From an uncultured Clostridia bacterium (GTDB taxonomy: Bacteria > Bacillota > Clostridia > TANB77 > CAG-508), in contig OZ006973.1 of assembly GCA_963931085.1 (NCBI GenBank), positions 1,414,009 to 1,478,008 of the forward strand: 64,000 bases of DNA, given 5' to 3'. The notes beneath the pieces were generated by a model. That model was given only the letters and a program-made list of their open reading frames with translations. It made no database searches and was not told the DNA's origin. The stretch's first letter is position 1. The number at the start of each line of letters is the position of its first letter. Below, one piece after another: positions 40,505 to 50,494 of this stretch. Both the position numbers and the translations under genes were made by a program.

Positions 40505-41506
40505 TTATAATTCTCCTTTATCCATTTTTTCTTCTGTAGCTTGCATTTGATCAAAAGCTCCATATTTTCTTATATCACTACTTGTGATACTTTTCATAGC
40601 ATCTTTTAAAATATCTCCTGCAAATAATATTTCTGAATGATTTGTTCTTTCCCATACTGAAGTATCTAATAAATCTACTGCATATCTAAAATCTGGGTCT
40701 TGTTCATAGGCACTTTCAAAATCATCTAATGTAAAATTTAGTCTTTCTCTAAATAATCTGGCTGTATCAATTCCAAATTTAACTTTTTCCATAGCTTTTT
40801 CATCTCTAAAAACTATTTCTGGAAGTAAATTACCCGCTTCTACTTCTCCTTTATAAATTCTTTCTAAATCTTCTGATAATCTAGCTTCTGCTAAAAATCC
40901 ACTCTTCTTAGAAAAGCCCTCTTCTAATGTAGCTTGAAGTATTCCACCTTCGATTACATATTCTCTAGACTTTCCTGAAGGATCTAAAACAACTATCATA
41001 CCTGAATCAAATAAATTCTCTAACAATTTATTTAAATCACTCTCTTTTTTAGAATCTTGTCTTAACTTATTTATTTTAGTAGGATTTCTATCATCAAATA
41101 AATCTAAGACTTCTGGTGATAGAGAATCAATATATCTTTTAACAGAATTATTACAATTATACATTTCATAAATATCATCTAGGCTATATCCATTATTTTT
41201 AAGACCTTTTCCTATTAATGTTGCTCTTTCGAAATCACTTTCAAAAGCACTATTCTCAGAAGAATTATTTTCTATTTTTATCTCTTCTATTACGAAATCC
41301 CCAACATTTTGTGCATTATCTACTACAAAGAAAAACTCTATATCAGAAAGTCCTGATATGCTTGTTAGTCCATGCTCATCTTCAGAAACTAACCTTCCTT
41401 CATCATTTAAATAAAAAGTAAGTTCAGATTCATCAACTTTTTTTGATTTAATCTTTCCTCCACTTTTTAATAAATCTATATAATGCTTAAAGTTTATATC
41501 TTCCAT
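40505..41506 (-). CDS. Hypothetical protein
   Basis: 333-aa ORF. No family recognised. Confidence 0.45.
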   Translation of the reverse strand: MEDINFKHYIDLLKSGGKIKSKKVDESELTFYLNDEGRLVSEDEHGLTSISGLSDIEFFFVVDNAQNVGDFVIEEIKIENNSSENSAFESDFERATLIGKGLKNNGYSLDDIYEMYNCNNSVKRYIDSLSPEVLDLFDDRNPTKINKLRQDSKKESDLNKLLENLFDSGMIVVLDPSGKSREYVIEGGILQATLEEGFSKKSGFLAEARLSEDLERIYKGEVEAGNLLPEIVFRDEKAMEKVKFGIDTARLFRERLNFTLDDFESAYEQDPDFRYAVDLLDTSVWERTNHSEILFAGDILKDAMKSITSSDIRKYGAFDQMQATEEKMDKGEL

Positions 41507-41642
41507 AAATTTCTCCTTTGTATTATCTTACATAATAATTATATAAATAACTAATTATAAATTGCAAGAAAAAATATGTAACTTATTTTAAAAATAAATT
41601 ACATATTCTTTCAGTATCTTATATTATTTTTAGTTTATATTA

Positions 41643-43637
41643 TTAATTTATATTATTAAATTCCTCTAATTCTTTTTGAAGATTCTCCCATTCTAAATAT
41701 TTTAGATTAAGTGATTCGTTTTGTTCATTAATCTTATTATTAATTTCTTCAAGTTTTATATAATCTGAACTTATCTCATCATCTTCTAATAACTTTTTAT
41801 TATCAGAAATTACATTTTCAAGTAACTGTATATCTTCTTCAACTTTTCTTATTTTCCTTTCTATCCTTGATTTTTCTTTTAATGGATTATTAATAATATT
41901 TTTTTCTTTTTTTACTTGTATGTCATTTTCACGTAAATGAGAAGCATTTAAATTATTACTTGATTGTATTTCTTCTTTTTCTTTATAGATTTCTAAATAT
42001 TCTTCATATGTGCAATTATAATATTTAACTTTAGTATTTAGTATATTTTCATCATTTTTATTATTATAGTTTTTAGTATCATTTCCTTTTTCAAATACTA
42101 TTATAGAATCTGCAATTTTATTTACAAAAAATCTATCGTGAGATACGAATAATATACTTCCTTCGTATTCTTTAAGCATATTTTCTAAAGTTTCTTTTCC
42201 TATTATATCCATATGATTTGTTGGCTCATCTAATATTAATAAATTAGGTCCATTTTTTAGTATCATACTTAATTTTAATCTAACTTTTTCACCACCAGAT
42301 AGCATTTTTACTTCTTTAAATACATCATCACCATAAAACATAAATGCTGCTAATGAATTTCTAATTTCTGTTACTGTAAGATTTGAAAAAGCATTGCTAA
42401 ACACATCATATACTGTTTTTTCAGAATCTACTAAAGCTTCTTTTTGATCAAAATATCCTATATCTACATTATGGCCAATATTAATTTCTCCTGAAATTTT
42501 CTCTATTTTAGATACTATTGTTTTTAGAAGTGTAGATTTTCCTGTACCATTTGGACCTATAATTCCAATTTTCTGTCCTTTGTATAAATCAAAATTAATA
42601 TTAGTAGCGATAATTTTTTCATATCCAATACTTAAATTAGAAATATTTAAAACATTTTTTCCACTTTGTCTACTTATCTTAAAATTAGATTTAAAAGTAT
42701 TTAAATCATACTTGTTTGGCTCTTCTAATTTAGCCATCCTCTCAATTTGTTTTAGTTTTGCCTGAGCCATTTTAGCTTTATTTTTCTTATACCTAAATCT
42801 TTCAACTACTGCCATTAATCTTTTTATCTCTTTTTGTTGATATTCATAGTCTTTTAATTGTTTTTCATAATTTACTCTTTTTTGTTTTTCATAATAATCA
42901 TAATTTCCAGAGTATAAAGTCATTTCTCCATACTCTATTTCATACACTTTATCTACTATTTTATTTATAAACATTCTATCATGAGAGACAATTATACAAG
43001 CTTTAGGATATGTTTTTAAATATCCTTCAAGCCATTCGATTGTATCTATATCTAAATGATTTGTCGGTTCATCTAATAAAAGTAAATCTGGTTTACTAAG
43101 TAATAATTTTATAAAAGCAATTTTAGTTCTTTGTCCACCAGAAAACTCTGATATTTTTTTATCTAAATCTTCTACCGAAAAGCCAAATTTTCTTACAACA
43201 GTTTCATATTCTTTTTTATATGTATATCCATTTAAGAACTCAAATCTATCTTGCAATCTAGAATACTCTTTTGCCAAAGCTTCACTTTTGTCTGACTGCA
43301 TTTTTTCTAACAACAAATTAATTTTGTTTTCTATGTTTATAATATCTGAATATACTTTTAAAATTTCTTCCTTCATTGTAATAGATTCATTATCAAAATC
43401 TATTTGTCTTAGATATCCGATATTATAAATTCCTTCTTTAAAAATACTAAACTTTTCTTCAGAAGTTCCTTCTGATAATAACGAATTATCAATTATTGCC
43501 TTTAAAAGTGTAGATTTACCACATCCGTTTCTTCCAACAATAGCAACCTTTTCTTTGCCTTTAACTTCAAAATTAATATTTTCTATAATTGTATCTGCAC
43601 CATATGAGACTGACCCATTTGTTATTTTAAAATTCAT
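41643..43637 (-). CDS. ABC-F family ATPase with a C-terminal coiled-coil extension (Uup/EttA-like; an ARE-type function cannot be excluded)
   Basis: Two ABC cassettes (GRNGCGKST / LSGGQ / LLLDEPTNHLD and GPNGTGKST / LSGGEK / LILDEPTNHMD), no TM domain, 664 aa. Confidence 0.85.
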   Translation of the reverse strand: MNFKITNGSVSYGADTIIENINFEVKGKEKVAIVGRNGCGKSTLLKAIIDNSLLSEGTSEEKFSIFKEGIYNIGYLRQIDFDNESITMKEEILKVYSDIINIENKINLLLEKMQSDKSEALAKEYSRLQDRFEFLNGYTYKKEYETVVRKFGFSVEDLDKKISEFSGGQRTKIAFIKLLLSKPDLLLLDEPTNHLDIDTIEWLEGYLKTYPKACIIVSHDRMFINKIVDKVYEIEYGEMTLYSGNYDYYEKQKRVNYEKQLKDYEYQQKEIKRLMAVVERFRYKKNKAKMAQAKLKQIERMAKLEEPNKYDLNTFKSNFKISRQSGKNVLNISNLSIGYEKIIATNINFDLYKGQKIGIIGPNGTGKSTLLKTIVSKIEKISGEINIGHNVDIGYFDQKEALVDSEKTVYDVFSNAFSNLTVTEIRNSLAAFMFYGDDVFKEVKMLSGGEKVRLKLSMILKNGPNLLILDEPTNHMDIIGKETLENMLKEYEGSILFVSHDRFFVNKIADSIIVFEKGNDTKNYNNKNDENILNTKVKYYNCTYEEYLEIYKEKEEIQSSNNLNASHLRENDIQVKKEKNIINNPLKEKSRIERKIRKVEEDIQLLENVISDNKKLLEDDEISSDYIKLEEINNKINEQNESLNLKYLEWENLQKELEEFNNIN

Positions 43638-43678
43638 CTTGCCACCTTTATATAATTAATTTATATTTACATTTACAT

Positions 43679-44038
43679 TTATTTTAATAATTTCTCTTTC
43701 CATTCATTTTCCTTAAATCCTACTAATATAAAATTATCATTTATAACTAGTGGTCTTTTTATAAGCATTCCATTACTTGATAACAATTCAATTTTTTCAT
43801 CATAAGACATATTGTCTAATTTCGTTTTTAAATCCATACTCTTATATAATAATCCACTTGTATTAAAAAACTTTTTTATATCTAAATTACTTCTTTTTAT
43901 CCAGTTATTTAATTCTTCTTTACTTGGAACAGATTCAACTATATGTCTATCTGTAAATTTTACTTTATTGTCTTCTAACCATTTTTTTGCTTTTTTACAT
44001 GTGCTACATTTTGGATATTCAATAAATAAAACTTCCAT
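43679..44038 (-). CDS. ArsC/Spx family protein
   Basis: N-terminal EYPKCSTCKKAKKWL redox motif and thioredoxin-like fold. 119 aa. Confidence 0.7.
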   Translation of the reverse strand: MEVLFIEYPKCSTCKKAKKWLEDNKVKFTDRHIVESVPSKEELNNWIKRSNLDIKKFFNTSGLLYKSMDLKTKLDNMSYDEKIELLSSNGMLIKRPLVINDNFILVGFKENEWKEKLLK

Positions 44039-44193
44039 ATTCTCCTCCTAACTTTAATCTCACATATATAATTTTATTTTTTAAACATTATCTATCTTTC
44101 TTTTGTATATTACAATATTTTCTCTTTTAAATCAAGAATAAAGCTAGAATGCTTTAAAATACATTCTAGCTTTGTATTATTTTAATTTTTAAA

Positions 44194-45540
44194 TTAATCT
44201 TCTTTTTCATCTGATTTTAAATCATTTTCATCTTTTTTATCTTCATCTAATTGTTTTACATGTTTAGTTGCTTTAACTTTTGTAATTCTATTATCTTTAA
44301 ATTGCATTACTTGATAACTAACATCGTCAGTTTCTATCACTGGCTTTTCTTTTGCACTCGGAATTCTATTTAATTTAAAAATTAAATATCCTGATAAAGT
44401 ATCATATTCACCTTCTGGGATAGAAATATCTAATATCTTTTCAACTTCATATACTGGAAGTTCTCCTTCTATCATATATTCATCTTCAAATATTTTTTCA
44501 TATTTTTTCTCTATTACATCATATTCATCATAAATTTCACCAACAAGCTCTTCTACAATATCTTCCATTGTAACTATTCCTGCTGTACCACCATGCTCAT
44601 CAAGCACTATTGCAATTTGTTTCTTAGATTTTCTTAATTCTTTAAATACATCATTTATATGACTTAATTCTGAAACATAATAAGCTTCTTTTACTAAAGA
44701 TTTTATCTTTGTTCTTTTATTTTTTAGAGATGTTACTATATCTTTAACATATACAATACCTTTAATTTTATCTAAAGTCTCTTCATATACAGGCATTCTA
44801 CTAAATCTATTATCAGCTGTAATTTCTTCTATTGCATCTGATACTGAAAGATCTGCATCTAATGCAAATATCTCTGTTCTTGGTACCATTATTTCAGATA
44901 CTAATTTATCATTAAATTCAAATACATTTTCAATCATTTCTCTTTCATCTTTATTAATAGAACCTTTTTCTTCTCCAACATCTATCATCATTCTAATTTC
45001 TTCTTCAGTTACTGTTTCTTCTTCATTTCCACTTGCTCCAAATAATTTAGATACAACATCTGTAGAAAATGTTAAAAATCTAACAAATGGTGCAGTTATA
45101 ATTGAAATAAATCTAATTATTCCAACTGAAGCATATGCTAAAGGTTCAGAATACTTCATTGCAACTCTCTTTGGAACTAATTCTCCAAAAATTAAAGTAA
45201 AATAAGATAATATTATTGTTATAATTATTATAGATATATGATTCCAAACATCTACTGGGAATACTGGAATTAACCTAGCAAGTACTGGTGCTAAATCATC
45301 TGCAAAAGCATCTGATGCAAAAGCACTTGATAAAAACCCTGCAAGAGTAATTCCTATTTGGATTGTTGCTAAAAATTTACTAGGATTTTTAAGCATTTTC
45401 TTGATTGATTTTGCTTTTTTATCTCCTTCTTTAGCCTGTTTATCAATTTTCATATCATTTAATGATATAAATGCAATTTCTACTGCCGCAAAAAAAGCAT
45501 TAAAAAAGATTAGAACGATTAAAACTAATAGTTGTGACAC
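44194..45540 (-). CDS. HlyC/CorC (CNNM) family transporter with DUF21, CBS pair and CorC_HlyC domains
   Basis: N-terminal 4-TM DUF21 domain, CBS pair, C-terminal transporter-associated domain. 448 aa. Confidence 0.85.
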   Translation of the reverse strand: MSQLLVLIVLIFFNAFFAAVEIAFISLNDMKIDKQAKEGDKKAKSIKKMLKNPSKFLATIQIGITLAGFLSSAFASDAFADDLAPVLARLIPVFPVDVWNHISIIIITIILSYFTLIFGELVPKRVAMKYSEPLAYASVGIIRFISIITAPFVRFLTFSTDVVSKLFGASGNEEETVTEEEIRMMIDVGEEKGSINKDEREMIENVFEFNDKLVSEIMVPRTEIFALDADLSVSDAIEEITADNRFSRMPVYEETLDKIKGIVYVKDIVTSLKNKRTKIKSLVKEAYYVSELSHINDVFKELRKSKKQIAIVLDEHGGTAGIVTMEDIVEELVGEIYDEYDVIEKKYEKIFEDEYMIEGELPVYEVEKILDISIPEGEYDTLSGYLIFKLNRIPSAKEKPVIETDDVSYQVMQFKDNRITKVKATKHVKQLDEDKKDENDLKSDEKED

Positions 45541-45647
45541 TTTTATCTCTCCTTAATATTTAAAATTTTATATTACTACTATACCATTTAATTAGTCATT
45601 TTGCAAATAAAAAAGAGAGATTATAAAGTAAACTATATTTAACTTAA

Positions 45648-46127
45648 TTACTCATCTCTCAAATTTAATAATTTGTTTTTAAATAACTTATTAATATAAT
45701 CTAATATTTTTCTAAATAAACTTTTCTTTTCTTTTAATGTTAAAGATTTATTTTTATTTTCTTCTTTTTTAAATATATTTTCTGTATTATATTTTTCTTT
45801 TTGTTCTTTATCAAATATCTTTTGATTATTATCATAAATTTTTTCTAACAATTCTTTTTGTTCATCATTACAAAAAAATTCTAAATTTAGCCATAGAATC
45901 ATCGAAATTGCTTCTCTTGAAAGTCCTTGACTCTCGATAGAAATATCAGGATCTATCTTAACTTTATATGATTCATCTTTTTCAGATTTTATAGCATCTA
46001 ATATATCTTTTGGAAGTCTATTTGTATATGATTTTCCAAGAGAAGCTAAAAAAGCATCTACTTCAGAAAAAGCTCTCTTTTTTGCTAAAGATGTTCCCAT
46101 ATTCCTACCTCCTTTGCTAATTTTCAC
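45648..46127 (-). CDS. Hypothetical protein (host side of the prophage junction)
   Basis: 159-aa ORF. The likely start is the internal MGTSLAKK. No family recognised. Confidence 0.4.
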   Translation of the reverse strand: MKISKGGRNMGTSLAKKRAFSEVDAFLASLGKSYTNRLPKDILDAIKSEKDESYKVKIDPDISIESQGLSREAISMILWLNLEFFCNDEQKELLEKIYDNNQKIFDKEQKEKYNTENIFKKEENKNKSLTLKEKKSLFRKILDYINKLFKNKLLNLRDE

Positions 46128-46196
46128 ATATATAAAATTATATCTATACTTTTTAATAAATTCAAGTACATAAACATCTATTTTATACGAAAAAAA

Positions 46197-46224
46197 AGCA
46201 TCACCTAAGTAATGCTTTTTTTAA
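46197..46224 (-). terminator. Terminator immediately 3' of the tRNA-Phe fragment
   Basis: AAAAAAGCAT-N10-ATGCTTTTTT hairpin with a T-run. Confidence 0.5.
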
Positions 46225-46225
46225 G

Positions 46226-46272
46226 TGGTGGCTCGAAGTGGAATCGAACCACTGACACGGGGATTTTCAGTC
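46226..46272 (-). other. 3'-terminal 47-nt fragment of tRNA-Phe(GAA): anticodon loop, T-arm, acceptor 3' strand and CCA. Putative prophage attachment-site core copy.
   Basis: Minus strand reads GACTGAAAATCC...AGTGG-TTCGATT-CCACT-TCGAGCC-A-CCA. No matching 5' half (D-arm/acceptor 5' strand) lies at higher coordinates. Confidence 0.7.
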
Positions 46273-46604
46273 TTTTATATAAATTCTTTATAAGTATATA
46301 TTTATAAACATTTTTAATTACTACACACTTATTTTGACACACCTATTTGACACACTAAATATTTATTTTGTACTATTAATATTACTTAAAATACTGTCTC
46401 TAATTCCTCTCATATATATCTTACTACACATTCTTATATTATTCAATATAAACTCTCTTTCCTCTTCTTTTAAATCTAGTTCTTCAATTCTTCTTATAAA
46501 TATTTCTTCCATTTTTACCTCTCCTTATTCGTATACTTCTATAATATATATTTTATAAGTTGTTAAAAAGTTACGGCTGTAAGGAAAGAACCGCTATAGC
46601 GGTG

Positions 46605-46802
46605 TTAATCTTCATAATTAAATAGCTCTTTTATATCTACTTCAAGAGCTTTTGCGAGTTTACAAATTGTTATAATACTAGGAATTTTTTCATTTCTTTC
46701 TAAGTCGCCAATATAACTTTCAGATACACCTGATAGTTTAGATAATTCTTTTTGAGTTAATCCTTTTTCAGTTCTTATCTCTTTTATCTTTAATACTAAC
46801 AT
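46605..46802 (-). CDS. XRE-family helix-turn-helix transcriptional regulator (phage Cro/CI-like)
   Basis: IKEIRTEKGLTQKELSKLSGVSESYIGDLERNEKIPSIITICKLAKALEV is a canonical HTH_XRE. 65 aa. Confidence 0.8.
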   Translation of the reverse strand: MLVLKIKEIRTEKGLTQKELSKLSGVSESYIGDLERNEKIPSIITICKLAKALEVDIKELFNYED

Positions 46803-46832
46803 GTATGTAGTATCTGCAGAAATAAAAAAATA

Positions 46833-46853
46833 ATCCTGGAACTCGTCCAGGAT
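46833..46853. terminator. Bidirectional rho-independent terminator
   Basis: Perfect 8-bp stem ATCCTGGA-N5-TCCAGGAT with an A-run upstream and a T-run downstream. Confidence 0.55.
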
Positions 46854-47097
46854 ACTTCCGTTTTTCTAAATCTACACTCGATTTAAATTCCAATTTCCAA
46901 GTAGCATTAAATATTATAGCTTGTTTATTCTTATGTTTCAAGTACATTCGTATGACATTATTCGACTATTTTCACGTTATCAAGTGCAAATCTGATACTT
47001 TCATTAATTAATTCGTTTAAGCTTAGTGTGTTTGTTTGTATAGACAATTTTCTTAACCTAGTCATTTATCTTATCCAATAATATTCAATTTCAACTA

Positions 47098-47256
47098 TTA
47101 AATTACCTCTTCCCATGCTACTGGATATTCGGCAGGTGACCACACGCAGTTATCTAGCTTACATACATATTTAATATAACTTTCTTCAATTTTTTTAAGA
47201 ATATCTCTTAAATCAAAATCTGAATTTTCAATTACATTTTTAAATATTTTAAACAT
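47098..47256 (-). CDS. Small phage hypothetical protein (52 aa)
   Basis: ATG at 47256 preceded by AAGGAGGAAG. MFKIFKNVIENSDFDLRDILKK.... Not in the ORF track (short). Confidence 0.3.
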   Translation of the reverse strand: MFKIFKNVIENSDFDLRDILKKIEESYIKYVCKLDNCVWSPAEYPVAWEEVI

Positions 47257-47266
47257 TGCTTCCTCC

Positions 47267-50200
47267 TTAAATTAGCTGTGCTGAAACATCAGCTATATTT
47301 TTATTAATTTTGTCTAATAATATATTCATATCTTGATAGTACTTCAACTGAAATTTAGGTGATAGTTCATCATCAGAATATATATGATTTATTCCCTTTG
47401 ATAAAGAAAATTGCTTTAGTTGATTTAAGACTGCTGTTTGTTCTGGTGTGCATGGAAGCTTTGTTAGAGTTTCAAGTTTATATGCTATCTTTACTGGTAT
47501 TCCTGCATTTTTTTGTTCTACCAACCAATCTTTAAATTCTTCTACAGTTTCAAATGTTTTTTGTGGATTAAAATTTAATCTAATAGAAGTCGGTTCAACT
47601 CCAAAAGTTAAATCTTCAACTCCATATTGACCAAAATCTTTTAAATGTGTACATATGCTTTCACTTATTTTATTAATATCTGCACCAAATGGATAATCAT
47701 AAAATCCATATCTATATTTTCCCGAATTATTAATTTTTTCCATTAACCAATTTTCTTCTCCAGTACATTCATAAATGTTCCACTTATGTACCTCATACCA
47801 ATTACCATCAATTTTCTCAAACATATCTCCTTCTAGCATTTCTTGTTGAACTGGTAAAGTATAAACATCTTCATGATAAGGCTCGTACTCTGTAGCTTCT
47901 GTGCCTTTTTCTATTTGAAAAGATACTATAGTATTAAATGTATAACCTACTTTTTGAGGATGTAGATAAGAATATAATTCTATATCATTATCAAAAGTAA
48001 TAGTTTTTGGCTCTTGAGAATCTTTATGTATATAATATCTTTCTAAATCATTCCCGTTTTTGTCAGTTATATGTATTGATATTTGTAATCTTTCTTGTAG
48101 TCCTGTAGCAGAAAAAGTATAAGTACCTTTTTTTAATTTTAATCTTGATGTTAAAATATTCTTTTGAAAATCAAAAAAACTTAAATCTGTAGGACTGCCA
48201 GTTACTTGTATTGTATAATTTTCTAATATTTCATAATTTACGCCACTTGATAATTGGTTACTATCAAAATATGGATATTTATTATAATTTTTCCCTATTC
48301 TTTTAAATTTAATTATTAAGTTTTCTGTGTATGGTTCAAACTCTGGAAAAATGGTATCATCATAAGTTCCTTTAACAAGCATTGGCTTAATAACAGTATC
48401 TATCGTAGTGTTGATAGGGATTCTAACAACAATTCCATAATTATTATCATTTGATACTGTAAAATTCTTTACAGTTTCTCCATATGCGTCTCCAACATAA
48501 TAAATATTAGTATGTATATTTTCGGGTAATCCAAAACATTTATAACTGTAGTTACCATGTTCTATAGGAACTGCTTCTCTTAAAGATAACTCTATACTCG
48601 CAGTTGATGTACCTTTTAAAGCTAAAGTTCCATCATTATTATATTTAACATTAACTCCATTAATAGTTGATTTGGTATATAAGTCACTAATGTCTAATAT
48701 ATTTTTACTTTTTCTTCCTACAGAATTAATTCCCTGTGGATAATCTGGATTAGGACTTGGATTACCGCCTGTGTATGGTTCATAAGGTTTTTCTTCTGTA
48801 CCTTTTATAAACATAATTTCATTTCTAGGAGCAGGATTTCCACCAACGTTTACTGAATACGACAATTTAATAAACATTGCATTCTCAGGTGTTTCGATTG
48901 TTGCTTTATATGTGTCAAATTGTTGTACATTATCACCAGAAATAAAACTTTTATTATTATCATAAAAACCATAATTCAGTTGAAAAAGTATTCCTTCATA
49001 TTTTATTGAAAATAAATAACTATTTGATGGTTCAATTTCTATAAAATCAGAAGTTCTCCAAGCAGAATTTGATAATTCTTTACCATTAGAAATATCTAAT
49101 ATAGTATCTGTAACACTATCAATATCAAATAAATTATACCCTTCTGTACTTGCCTGCCTAGAATTTCCAAACACACTTAACTTATTAAAACTACTTTCTC
49201 CTGCGTCATCTATATCTATTTCTTCTAACACTTCTGTTTCTGTTTTAGGTAGAATTTTTAGTATAGCTTCTGCGTTAGAGTTATACTCATTTATTTTATT
49301 AGTTGCGTTCGTATTATATTCATTTAATTTATCTTCTGCATTAGTGTTATATTCTTCTAACTTTTCATCTGCATTAGTGTTAAATTCTTCTACTTTAGAA
49401 TCATAATATGTATTAAAATCACTTTCTGCATTATCTGTAATCTGTGATACAAGCCAGCTTTTAACTTCATCTGTTAAAATTACACCTGCATTTTCTTTTA
49501 CGTTATTTGTTAAAGTTACATATAATGCTCCATCAATTACTTCTAACTTACTAATTCCAACACCAGGTTCTCCTTGTTCACCTTTTGCTCCTGTGTCTCC
49601 ATCGTCTCCTTTTGGTCCTTGAATACCTATAGCACCAGAGAAGTCTGTGATATAAACCCATTCAGTTTCTGCTCTATAGTAAAGTTTTGCATTATCTTCT
49701 ATCTCAATGCTAGTTGCTATCATAACATAACTATCAATTGGCATGTTTTCGAAGTCGCTTTGCATTACTTCAACTGACGGATAAGTTTTTGATATTCTAA
49801 AAGGTTCTCCTTGCTCACCTTTTTTACCTTCTTTTCCTTCAGGACCTCTAATATTTATTGTTTGTGGATTAACTAAGCCTTTATTGTTAGACCAAGATAA
49901 ATCGCCATTTTCGTTTATTTGAGGTGTAAACGTAGCACCGTCAAAGTTTCCTAGCTCTACATCTTTCTTTAACTGTGTTACATATTCCTGTCTTGCTGTT
50001 TCATTAGCAACTCTAGTATCTTCGTTAGATATTCTAGTCTGCTCATTACTTTCTCTTGTAGCCTCATTCTCTGTTGTTTCTGTATTTAATTCGTTTACTT
50101 TCTGAATTAACTCATCTAATATAATTATTTTAGGATCGTCTTCTGTTACGTCATCATCACATATAATAGAATCTGATATTCTAATTGTTAAAATACTTGT

Positions 50201-50482
50201 TCTGTAGATTAAATCTTCGTTTGTGTCAAAGAACTCTATTGCCATTTGTAGTTTATTAAACTTTAATAAATCTCTTGTGAATGTGAATTTATTTGAATTG
50301 ATATCATCAAACAACTTACATACTGTAGTTCCATCTGCTAACATGAAGTTTAATTTCTTGTTATACTTTTCTAAATACTCTGGAAACTCGAACTCTATTG
50401 TTGTTGAATTGTTTTCTTCTAAATAACCAAAATAGAGCGTAGATTGTTCAAATCCACGCTCATCATTTATTTTTATTATCAT
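47267..50482 (-). CDS. Phage tail fibre / receptor-binding protein with BppU-like N-terminus and collagen-like Gly-X-Y segments
   Basis: N-terminus MIIKINDERGFEQ... (BppU_N-like). GPEGKEGKKGEQGEP and GIQGPKGDDGDTGAKGEQGEPG collagen-like repeats. 1071 aa. Confidence 0.7.
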   Translation of the reverse strand: MIIKINDERGFEQSTLYFGYLEENNSTTIEFEFPEYLEKYNKKLNFMLADGTTVCKLFDDINSNKFTFTRDLLKFNKLQMAIEFFDTNEDLIYRTSILTIRISDSIICDDDVTEDDPKIIILDELIQKVNELNTETTENEATRESNEQTRISNEDTRVANETARQEYVTQLKKDVELGNFDGATFTPQINENGDLSWSNNKGLVNPQTINIRGPEGKEGKKGEQGEPFRISKTYPSVEVMQSDFENMPIDSYVMIATSIEIEDNAKLYYRAETEWVYITDFSGAIGIQGPKGDDGDTGAKGEQGEPGVGISKLEVIDGALYVTLTNNVKENAGVILTDEVKSWLVSQITDNAESDFNTYYDSKVEEFNTNADEKLEEYNTNAEDKLNEYNTNATNKINEYNSNAEAILKILPKTETEVLEEIDIDDAGESSFNKLSVFGNSRQASTEGYNLFDIDSVTDTILDISNGKELSNSAWRTSDFIEIEPSNSYLFSIKYEGILFQLNYGFYDNNKSFISGDNVQQFDTYKATIETPENAMFIKLSYSVNVGGNPAPRNEIMFIKGTEEKPYEPYTGGNPSPNPDYPQGINSVGRKSKNILDISDLYTKSTINGVNVKYNNDGTLALKGTSTASIELSLREAVPIEHGNYSYKCFGLPENIHTNIYYVGDAYGETVKNFTVSNDNNYGIVVRIPINTTIDTVIKPMLVKGTYDDTIFPEFEPYTENLIIKFKRIGKNYNKYPYFDSNQLSSGVNYEILENYTIQVTGSPTDLSFFDFQKNILTSRLKLKKGTYTFSATGLQERLQISIHITDKNGNDLERYYIHKDSQEPKTITFDNDIELYSYLHPQKVGYTFNTIVSFQIEKGTEATEYEPYHEDVYTLPVQQEMLEGDMFEKIDGNWYEVHKWNIYECTGEENWLMEKINNSGKYRYGFYDYPFGADINKISESICTHLKDFGQYGVEDLTFGVEPTSIRLNFNPQKTFETVEEFKDWLVEQKNAGIPVKIAYKLETLTKLPCTPEQTAVLNQLKQFSLSKGINHIYSDDELSPKFQLKYYQDMNILLDKINKNIADVSAQLI

Positions 50483-50494
50483 AATATTTTACCT

